A DNA stretch of 64,000 bases from the human T2T-CHM13v2.0 reference genome, Homo sapiens. The notes under the pieces are model-generated. The model did no database searches. It was given only the letters and a program-made list of their open reading frames with translations, and was not told where the DNA came from. Both the position numbers and the translations under genes were made by a program. This document shows positions 15,395 to 25,358 of the stretch, piece by piece. How positions within the stretch are numbered: the stretch's first letter is position 1; each line of letters opens with the position of its first letter. The stretch lies in NCBI RefSeq assembly GCF_009914755.1, contig NC_060944.1; one strand, given 5' to 3'.

Positions 15395-16145
15395 TGTATA
15401 TAAAATAAAATTTACCATTGTAACCACTTTTAAGTATACAGTTCAGTGGCATTAAGTACATTCCCCATTGCCTCTCCCCCCAGTGCCTGGCAATCACCAT
15501 TCTACTTTCTGTTTGAGTGAATTTGACTACTTTGGGTACCTCTAGGTATTATAAATGGAATCATAACAGTATTTGTCTTGTTGTGTCTGGCTTATTTCAC
15601 TTAGCATAATGCCTTTAAGTTTCACCCATGTTGTTGTATGTGTTAGAATTTTCTTTTTTATGGCGGAATAATCTATTCTAATATTCTATGTATATGCCAC
15701 ATTCTGTTTATCCATTCATTCCTTGATGGACACTTGGATTGCTTTTGGCTGTTGTGACTAATGCTGCTTTGAGCATGAATGTACAAATATCTGTTTGAGT
15801 TCCTGTTTTTAATTGTTTTGGGTATACACTCAGAAGTGGAATTGCTGGGTGATCCTATGGCAATTCTGTTTAATTTTTTGAGGAACTACTTTACTGTGTT
15901 TCACAGTGACTGCACCATTTTATGTGTCCATCAGCAGTGCACAAAGTGCTAATTTCTCAACATCTTCACCAACACTTGTTATTTTCTGTTTGTATTTTTT
16001 TTTTGGTAATGGCCATCTTCAGGGGTGTGATGTGGTGTCTCATTGTGGTTTTAATTTACATTTCCCTAATGACTAATGGTGTTGAGCATCTTTTCCTGTG
16101 CCTGTTGGCCATTTGTTATCTTTGGAGAAATGTCTGTTCAAGTGA
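15395..16145 (-). mobile_element. L1M (L1MB-like) 3' end
   Basis: Matches the antisense L1M 3'UTR (tggcttatttcacttagcataatg; gttgagcatcttttc). Confidence 0.8.
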
Positions 16146-16155
16146 CTCTGCATTG

Positions 16156-16457
<302 letters not shown>

Positions 16458-17157
16458 TCATGACTCTGCATTCTTAACCATTACCTGTGCTTCTCTTAGA
16501 TTTGTAACCTCTGAGAATAGTGGATCAGCTTTCTGGGCTGATGAAGCCCTCCCTCAGGAGCTGGGCACTGGATGATCTATTTGGTTGAATAGTTATCATA
16601 GCCTGCACTTTGGTGACATTTGTCATGCATGGACCTCATGCAGAGAGGGAGGCACTGTTGTGAGTCCTGTTTTGCAGTTAGGGAAACTGAGATATGGAGA
16701 AGTTGAGTATTTTATCCAAGGTCTCATAGCTAATCATTGGTGGAGCTAGGATTTGAATGGGTTCTGGAGTCCATGCTATACCTTACAGATATGGCCAGGG
16801 GGATGGAGTAGTGAAGACCACTGCAGGCAGCAGAACCAGTGTGTGCAGAGGTTTGTATATGGTGGCTTTGGAGAAAGAACAGGACTTGGGTAGAAGTGGT
16901 CAGAGCCCAGCTTGAATGGGGGTGACTTGAAGTTGGAGGAAGAGTAGGACAGGTCTGGAAAGGCCAGGAGCACGGTGAGGGTTTGGGGAGGAGGCTTGGT
17001 GCTTAGGGACCCTGTCCTTTTTTTTTTTTCTCTTCTCACAAGATATTTATTAATTACAAAGGGAAAATAATAACTGTACAGTGGAGAAATTTGGCAGATA
17101 CTGCCTTAACCAAGGAATTGGCTGATCACTAAGATTAAGACAAACTGTTGTTATGAG

Positions 17158-17308
17158 TGGGTGTGGTAATGTACCTATAGTCCCAGCCACTCAGGAGGCT
17201 GAGGTGGCAGGATTGCTTCAGCCCATCTATTTGAGGCTGCAGTGAGCTATGGAGTGCACTCCAACCTGGGCAACACAGTGAGACCTCATTTCTAAAAAAA
17301 GAAAAAAG
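17158..17308 (+). mobile_element. Alu right-arm/FRAM-like monomer
   Basis: Single Alu arm with A tail. Confidence 0.75.
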
Positions 17309-17929
17309 AAGCCTTCTGATACCATGTACTAAGAAGGACACAACATCACTTTTGTGTTATTCTTGACAGATATGTTTAACTTTCTCTCCTTTCTTTCTTC
17401 CTCTCTTTCTTTCTTCTCTCTTTCTTACTGATATAAGAAAAAGCTTTATACATTTAATATATACCTCTTGATGAGTGGCCTTGGCCTTTGAGGTGGCCTG
17501 GGTCCAGAACAGCCGGTTGTTCAACGGTATTTCCTCGTGTTTGGTCCCTGAAGGAAGAAAATTGGAAGGGTGTGATGGAGCTCATGGTCCAGTGGGAGAG
17601 ACAGGAAACGAGTTATATTTCCTATCCTAGATAAAAGAGTATCTAAAATGACAGGATGTAATGAGTGCTCGGAAGGGAATAAAATGGGTGAAATTGCTGA
17701 GGGGGTCTCTTGGAGGAGATGACATTTGAAATGAGATCTGAAGGGGGTGAGGGAAGAGGTTCCAGACAGAGAACAGCTGGTGCAAAAGCCCTGAGGCAGG
17801 AAAGACCTTATGTTCAGGAACAGCAGGGAGGGCTTTGTGGCCAGAGCAGGAAAGAGGTTGGAGATAAGATGGGAGATTTGGACAAGGACTGAGTCCTGGA
17901 AGGCCTGAGGGCCAAGTGGGGAGCTTGGA

Positions 17930-18012
17930 TTTTTTTTTTTTTTTTTTTTTGAGACAGAGTCTTGCTCTGTTGTCCAGGCTGGAGTGCAGTGGCTCAATCT
18001 CAGCTCACTGCA
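17930..18012 (-). mobile_element. Severely 5'-truncated Alu
   Basis: ~62 nt of Alu 3' end plus poly(T); 15-bp TSD gggagcttggatttt (17919-17933 and 18013-18027). Confidence 0.9.
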
Positions 18013-18294
18013 GGGAGCTTGGATTTTATTGTAAGGGAGCCACAGGAGGGTTTAAACACAGCAGTAATGAGACTTTATTTCTGCTGGGAAAACATTGCCG
18101 TTATTGCCCCCATTTTACAGCAGAGGAAACCGAGACTCAGAACCATGACCAGGGAGTGCTTCCTAAGGTGGTTTCTCCCTCTGGGGTCCAGCCGACGAGG
18201 CAGTAGATTCCTTGGGACTTCCTTGGGGGGCACATCTGGTGAGTGGCCAAAGCCCAACACTGAAAACACCGTCTCTTCCACCTCCCCTCCCCAG

Positions 18295-18503
18295 ATGTGA
18301 GCCTGGGTTCCAATCCTGGCTCTACCATTAATCAGCTGTGTAATTTTGGGCACGTGGCCTTACCTCTTGGAGCCTCAGTTTTCTCATCTGAAAATGGGCA
18401 TAATAATAGTAGCCCTCACAGGGTAGGTGTGAGGATTAAATTAGTTAACATTTTGTAGAGCTTAGAACAGTGTCTGGTACAAAGAAAGTGCTCAGATGAG
18501 ATT
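18295..18503 (+). mobile_element. MIR
   Basis: Core gcctcagttttctcatctgaaaatggg...gtgaggattaaa...cttagaacagtg. Confidence 0.8.
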
Positions 18504-18516
18504 TGTTCTTTTCTTT

Positions 18517-19134
18517 TTTGGCTGTAAGTTTATTCAATGTGAAATAATCCTCTCCAATTTTATTGAGGTGGCTGACCACGTCCACGACCACATCTGCCTC
18601 TAAACTGGAATTCGGTTGCTGACCCAGCCCCAGCCTCGGCTTTCTTGTCAGCACCAGGGGGCACAGAACACCGTCTGTAGGTATCTCTGTCAGCTTCCCG
18701 TCTTGTGAGTCTTGCAGGTCGCTTACCCTCCAGACCTTTAGGCCGAGGCCTGCCAGTCTCTGGACGGCTGCGGTGTAGGGTGGCAGGAACAATCTCCGGG
18801 GGCAGATGTAGGGTGGCAGGAACAATCTCTGGGGGCAGATGAAGGTAATCACGGAGATACTGGCTACCCTCATTGGTAAGGTACCAGTAGAAATGTCTCC
18901 AGGCAAACTGTTCCTTCACGCAGCCCCGGGACTTGAGAGACTGCATGGCCTTCATGACGTGAAGGTTGGGCACATTCTTGTCTGCCAGCTCCGGGTGCTT
19001 AGGCATGTGGACATCCTTCTTGGCCACCATGACTCCCTCCTTAAAAAGGAGTTCATGAATGGCAATCCGGTTCTTCTTAGGCATCAGCATCTTGGCAGCT
19101 GTAGGGTCCGGGGCTGGGGCTGGAAAGGAAGGAC
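18517..19134 (-). pseudogene. RPS10P5: Processed retrocopy of ribosomal protein eS10/RPS10 (RPS10P5/RPS10L); uninterrupted 176-aa ORF at 18560-19090
   Basis: Translation [10 protein letters not shown]...GRGRGQPPQ matches RPS10. Intronless, with 5' pyrimidine (TOP-like) leader, AATAAA (tttatt 18529-18534), short poly(A), and 13-bp TSD tgttcttttcttt at 18504-18516 and 19135-19147. Confidence 0.95.
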
Positions 19135-20139
19135 TGTTCTTTTCTTTGCTATTACGAAAATCATTATTGTTGCTTTGCTGTTACTACTATTAGCGCCTGA
19201 AGGAGCCCTCCCTCCCCATCCCCCATTTCTGCCTCCGTGGAGGGCTAGGCAGGGCTCAGCAGGCCATTTGGAGGATGAAGGACTTGTTGCCCCGTCCCCT
19301 GTAAAGTCAGGGACTGGAGGAGGCTGCAGTGCTGAGGGGGAAGGAAAGCTGATGTGCATCACTGCCGGTCTCCTCATGCCCTGTACCCTAGTCCTGGCCC
19401 AGCTCCCACAGGCACAGACATGGAACAGGAGCCTCTTCAGCCTGAGTGTGGCAGAGGGCTGGGGCTGAGGCCTGGGGGACAGCTCCTTCTCTGGGCCTCA
19501 GGATTCCCATGAAAAAATGGCCTATCAAATGTTCCTACCTGCAGTGAGTTATAGGACTTGGGGTGGAAGAGGTGACAGTCACCTCCCTCTGGGAATTCCT
19601 TCCTGCAGGGCTGCAGTCTCATGGGATTAAATGAGGGGGCTCTGGGGATTTAAATGAGTATGGTGCCTGGCACCCCAAAATTCTAGTTATTGTTGTTACT
19701 ATGACGGCTGTTGTTGCCGATGTTAACCGTTTTCACAAGGCAGCTGAGGCATGCTCAGGCTCAGCCTGTTCCAGAGGGATGGACTCTACACGTGACAGCA
19801 TGGAGCACCAGGAGGGTCCCGCAGCCTGGTCAGGGACACACAGCTAGAAAGTGGTGGCGTTAAGCCTTGGTCTGGAGGGAAAGTGCGCAGGCTGGACTCC
19901 CCAGAGTGATTTTGGGCTAGTGACTCAGCCTCTCTCAGCCTCAGTTTACCATTAGTCAAATGGGGTAACAATAGAACTCACCAGATAGTGATTGTTGGGA
20001 AGATTAAAATGGATTACCCGATACCAAGAAAAACACTTTCCCGTGCCTGGCACAGTGAACATCACCTGGCGGTCGTTCTGAGTGTCAGGGAGCGGGGCTC
20101 AGTTTGTCCATCTCTAAGGTGGGTGCGCTTGCCTGCCAG

Positions 20140-21500
20140 ACCCACGGGGACCCCGCGCGCCAGGTGTGCGGTGGGCGGGTCTCGGCTCCCGGAAGAACTT
20201 CCCTGGGTGGTCCTGGAGCTGGTCGGACCCAGTTCCTGAGCCAGGCCAGCTGCCGGCGGCCGGGGCTCGGGTTCTGGCCCCTGCCTGGCTTTCCTTACCC
20301 TTTTCGGGTAGTACCTGGACCAGCGGGTTCACTTGCCCGCGGCCGCCGGAAGTTGCGCAAACTCAGCTTGCCGGAGCCCCAGGTGGGCCGGGCCGGAGGA
20401 GCGCAGGCCAGCGGCGCGGGCGCAGCCGGGTACGTGCGGACCGGGGCGGGGGGCGCCCAGCCGGGGTAGGGGGCGGCCCGAGCACCCCTCCACCCCAGGA
20501 CGGCGGGAACGGGGCAGGGATCTACCTTTCGGCTTCAAGAGGACCGCGGGGATGGTGCCGCTGTCTCCCTCATTTGAGAGCCAGGAGGGGCGGCGAGGGG
20601 CAAGGGTCACACAGCGCCCTGCTAGCCGACCCCCCATCCCCCGCCACCGGGAGTCCTCAAGCTTTTCCGGAATTGAGGGAGAGCAAAAGCCAGCCTGGGG
20701 ATCTGAGTTCCCCCCAGCCCTGCCCCGCGGCCTCTGGAGGCTGACGCTGGGGAGCTAGTGGGGAGGGGGCCAGGTGGGGATGCGCGCCCCCGGGATGCAA
20801 GCCAGAAGGGCCGGCGGTTGGGGGCATCCGTGGGAGGCATTTGAATCCGTGGGTGGGGCATTGGGCGGTGAGAGGAGGCCTCAGAGGGGACATTGAGTCG
20901 CGCTTGGGGACTTGGGACCCTGGCTTCACCTGGCGGGAGCCGCTGCACCTCCGTTTGCCCACCCGTGACGTGGGGCTGTTGAGGTCAGCTCACCGATCAG
21001 CCTCTGTCTTGGGCCTGCTTTGTCCGCGGTGTGGGCTGGGACAGACCCTCGTGGGGCTTGCTTAGAGACCCCTGCGTGGGGGTGGTCTGTGGACTTGGTT
21101 AGTCGAAATCTTCTTGAAGACCAGGAGCCTGGTTCGTGGCTCCGCCTTTTTGCCAGATGCCGAGGAAAGCCCTCGACCTGTTTGATCTCTCCATCCTTAT
21201 CGTGACCTGGAGGCTCAGGAAGGTCTATTTTTAACCTCGTTTCACGGATAAGGTAACCGAGTCTGTAAAGAGGCGAAGCTGCTTGCGCAAGGCGCACAGC
21301 GGGCGGGTGGGCGAGCCGAAGGCCGGCGGGCCCGCGGCGCCAAACCCGGGGTTGGCTCTCGCATCTGTCCCGGCCCCGCCAGAGGGGACCTCAGGGCCAG
21401 CAGATGGGGCCAGAGGGGCTGGGGGCCCGATCGGGGTCGTGCACGGGGTTTCTGCCCCGGCCCCGCCCGTCTGACCTCCTTCTCCCTCTTTATCCGGATG
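20140..21500. promoter_or_regulatory. Intronic CpG island, probable alternative FAM110A promoter
   Basis: High CpG density. CCGGAAGT overlapping TTGCGCAA (20346-20360), GC boxes, candidate donor CGG|GTACGT at 20430. Confidence 0.7.
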
Positions 21501-22455
21501 GTGCCCGCAAGGGAACTGCCACTGCGGACGGGTTGGACTGGTTTGGGAGGTGGCGGCCTGGGGGTGGGGCAGAGTTTGGCTGGCTCTGCTGTGCTCCTTT
21601 CCTGTCAGGTCCTTCCCACCTGAGGTCTCCTGGGGGTCGGCCCTGGTGGAGCGAGGCTTCCTTTCCCATCCACTCCATCTCTCCTGCCTTGGGAGCAGCA
21701 CCCAAGGATCTATTCCCAACTCATGGCTGCTGCAGAGGTCTCCAGCTGGTGGTTGGGGGCCAGATGGAGGAGGAGGGGACAGATATGTTCGCAGACATAT
21801 TTTGTTTGCTGTATATGCAATGTTTTAATCATTATTATCGAATATGCTGACAGTTAAGAATCTAGAGTTTTTATGTACTCCTGGATTTCCAGCTTCCTGG
21901 AACAACACACCTACCACCTTGGACCCATATGCCTGCAGCAGGCAGGGTACCTAGATGTCTAGTTCATCCCTGATCACCCAGTTCACATCTGGCTCCCATA
22001 AATATTTCAGTTCAATAAATTTTTATTGAATATTCTGCCCTAGTATGTGTCTAGGGCAGTATCTTGAAACTGGGGTATAGTGAACAAAATAGCCAACCCC
22101 CGCCCCTACACACACACCCCTGCCCTCATGGAGCTGACATTTTAGGGGGATAGAGACAACAAAGAGTAAAACAACCATACACAAATAGAGTACTTGTGCA
22201 GGGGATAAGGAGAAAAGGAATAGTGCCGGGAGGGGGTCAGGAGTGCCGGGGAGAAACAGGTTGTGGTATTGAGATCAGTGCCTTATTTATCTATTCTGGG
22301 ACCTGGGAAAGCCACTTCTCTGAGTCTCAGTTTCTCCATCTGCACAACGACCCACAGGCTTGTGGGAGGTTATAGGGAGGATGGCACCCAGCAGAGATCC
22401 CTGCCTCCCCACCCCAATCCAGACTCACTCCCTTCTGGATTTTTGGATGTCTAGG

Positions 22456-22668
22456 TGGGGCTGTCCAATGTAGCTTCCTACCATGGATGGAAATGCTGTA
22501 CTCTGTGCTGCCAAACACAGTGGCAACTGGCCACATGTGGCTATTGAGAACTTGAAATGCCACTAGTGTAGCTCAGGAACTGAATTTTATGTTTTTATTT
22601 CATTTAAATTTAAAGTTAAGGTTGAATAGCCACATGTGGCTGCTGGCTATTGAGCTGGACAGCACGGG
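22456..22668. mobile_element. MER3 (hAT-Charlie) MITE
   Basis: Terminal gctgtccaa / tggacagc with two internal gccacatgtggct palindromes. Confidence 0.8.
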
Positions 22669-23625
22669 TCTAGATGGCTTGAACTGTAAGCCTTCTTGGG
22701 GAACACCCAGATTAAGTACCCGCCCCCTCCATTTTACAGATGAGAATGTTTGGGACTTGGTATGTGGGTTTTCTTCTGTCCCATCTCCAAGGGGCCTTGT
22801 GGGGTGACTCTGTGGGCTTGGCCCTTCCTTGGAAACAGGGTCAGGGTTGGCTTGATGTCTGGGGCATCAGGTCCTGACACTTGGGTGACCACGTAGACAC
22901 TTGTGCATCCAGGTGTATGCCCTCCTCCCAGGTGAGTACCCATTCCATGGCTGCAGGCAGATCGAGGGTCTGCCGGATGCCTCCATGCAGGGCTGTGTGA
23001 TTTTGGACATTTCCAGCTTCTCTCAGCACAGCATAGCTCAGGGCTGATGTTTCCACGTGACAGGCATTTGTGGATCACCGTGGGCCATCCAGTTCCATGC
23101 AGGAAGCTGACGGATGTCTGGACTCCACTGGGGCGCGGGTGGAGATTTTCTTTGCTCCTTCCCTATAAGCTCTGCCCTTTGCCTGGGGCCTGGCATGTCT
23201 AGGCGGGTGGATGGCACAGGGCAGCTTCCTGCCTGGATGGGTGAGGGGTAGAGGTGGTACCAGGCTCCCTGTGGGGAGTCCAGGTGGGGTGTGGGGCTGG
23301 AGCCCTTTTTCTTGGTCATTTAACCCTACGCCCCGGTGCCAGCACCTTCCTTTTTGGTGGTCAGGGGCAGAGCCACCTACTCGCTGGGTTAACTTAAGCA
23401 AGTTGTTTGCCTCTCTGGGCTTCAGTTTCTCCATCCAAAAAACGGGGCTGTTGAGAGGACCTGAGGTTGAGTTGACTGGTGCGTAGCACAGAGCCTGGAG
23501 CCTCCCTTGCTCCCTTTAGCGCGTGCCTTGCCCTGTCTTTTCTGCTCAGGTTGCCCAGGTCTTTTTTCTCTAGCACCTTTTTTCCTCTCTTGGTCTCAGC
23601 TGGGCCTGGTTCTCCCGGGGCAGGA

Positions 23626-23760
23626 GGGAGGGGGTGTGGGTGGGGCCTGAGGCCCCGCAGCTGCTGCCTTGTGCCTGCTGATTGGCTCCTTGTGGAGGGG
23701 CGTGGTCTCTACCTTATAATAGGGAGGGCGTCTTATCCTCTCAGCCGCGGCTGAGCCTCT
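23626..23760 (+). promoter_or_regulatory. FAM110A: Proximal promoter immediately upstream of the FAM110A coding exon
   Basis: Inverted CCAAT (ATTGG 23681-23685), GC box GGGGCGTGG (23697-23705) and TATA-like TATAATA (23715-23721) in canonical order. Confidence 0.6.
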
Positions 23761-23905
23761 TTGTCTGAGCGCGCTCGGCTTTTTTTTTTTTTTCTCTCTC
23801 CTTCCCTGCAGCAGTGGCCGGTGTCCAGCTGCCTACTTTCTGCCCGGATCTCTGGCTCATCTCTCCGGTCTCCGCAGACTAAAGCCCTCGGGATATGCAG
23901 CAGCC

Positions 23906-24793
23906 ATGCCTGTGCACACGCTGAGCCCCGGAGCCCCGTCCGCCCCCGCCCTACCTTGCCGCCTGCGGACCAGGGTCCCTGGCTACCTGCTACGGGGGCC
24001 GGCAGATGGTGGAGCCCGGAAACCGAGCGCTGTGGAGCGCCTGGAGGCCGACAAGGCCAAGTACGTCAAGAGCCTGCACGTGGCCAACACCCGCCAGGAG
24101 CCTGTGCAGCCCCTGCTGTCCAAACAGCCGCTCTTCAGCCCTGAGACTCGCCGCACAGTGCTCACGCCCAGCCGCCGAGCCCTGCCTGGCCCCTGCCGAC
24201 GGCCCCAGCTGGACCTGGACATCCTCAGCAGCCTCATCGACTTGTGTGACAGCCCCGTGTCCCCTGCCGAGGCCAGCCGCACTCCTGGACGGGCCGAGGG
24301 AGCCGGCCGTCCTCCCCCAGCCACCCCTCCGCGACCGCCGCCCAGTACCTCTGCGGTCCGCCGGGTGGACGTCCGCCCCCTGCCCGCCTCGCCTGCCCGG
24401 CCCTGCCCATCACCCGGCCCTGCCGCCGCCTCCAGCCCAGCCCGGCCGCCGGGTTTGCAACGCTCCAAGTCGGACTTGAGCGAGCGCTTTTCTAGGGCAG
24501 CCGCTGATCTCGAGCGCTTTTTTAACTTCTGCGGCCTGGACCCGGAGGAGGCGAGAGGGTTGGGTGTGGCCCACCTGGCACGGGCCAGCTCGGATATCGT
24601 GTCCCTGGCAGGGCCCAGTGCTGGGCCGGGCAGCTCTGAAGGGGGCTGCTCCCGCCGCAGCTCGGTGACTGTTGAGGAGCGGGCCCGGGAGCGCGTTCCC
24701 TATGGCGTGTCGGTGGTGGAGCGCAATGCCCGCGTGATCAAGTGGTTGTATGGGCTAAGGCAGGCTCGGGAGAGCCCAGCAGCTGAAGGCTAG
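23906..24793 (+). CDS. FAM110A: Protein FAM110A (centrosome/spindle-associated), 295 aa, CDS in one exon
   Basis: ATG in gcagccATG context to TAG. FAM110 motifs [35 protein letters not shown] and [14 protein letters not shown]; Pro-rich linker; CpG-rich exon. Confidence 0.97.
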
Positions 24794-25352
24794 GCGCCAC
24801 TGGGCCTGGAATTCGCCACAGGACGGATCTTACAGAGGCAAGTGGTCCCTGGACCTCTCTTGCATCCATTCTCTAGACGGCCGTGTCAGAGGCTCCACCC
24901 TGTTGTGAACTTGGTATGGAGGCAAAGGCTTAGAGGCTGGACCAGCATTGTTGGGCAAGGACTGACTCTCCAAGGGTTTTGTTCTTGGCTTTGGACACCT
25001 GAGAACCCCCTCCTCCCCTCCCCCAATACAAGGTTTTTGACATGAGTGTACTCCTGCTTAGTTCCTCTTGTGGGGCTGCATTTGCGGTGCTTTGCCCTCC
25101 CCACTGTGAGTGAGGGGCCAAGGTATCTCCTCAATCCTGTCTCCCCAGCGGCTCTGTTTCCTCCTTCCTTCCTTGGCCTCTGTCCTTTGCTGACTTCCTC
25201 TTCCTTACCCAGCAGAACTCACCCTGGGGTCGGGGCAGTGGGGAGGGGCCTATCCACTGCTCTTCCTAGTCCTTGGCAGCTGGCCTAGGTGGGCAGACTA
25301 TAGGAGGGACTGGTTAGGAGTCTGCATTGCTTTGACTTCCCTCTCCTTGGTT

Positions 25353-25358
25353 AATAAA
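25353..25358 (+). terminator. FAM110A: FAM110A polyadenylation signal AATAAA
   Basis: Canonical hexamer ~560 nt after the stop, followed by T/GT-rich sequence. Confidence 0.8.

Noticed and set aside
18445-19468. 209-aa (+) and 153-aa (-) ORFs overlapping RPS10P5
   Set aside because: Shadow frames that cross the insertion junctions into unrelated flank or MIR sequence.
20104-21850. Many overlapping 100-190 aa ORFs
   Set aside because: GC-rich island artefacts with Gly/Pro/Arg/Ala-biased translations.
23983-24479. Antisense and alternative-frame ORFs over FAM110A
   Set aside because: Shadow frames of a GC-rich CDS.
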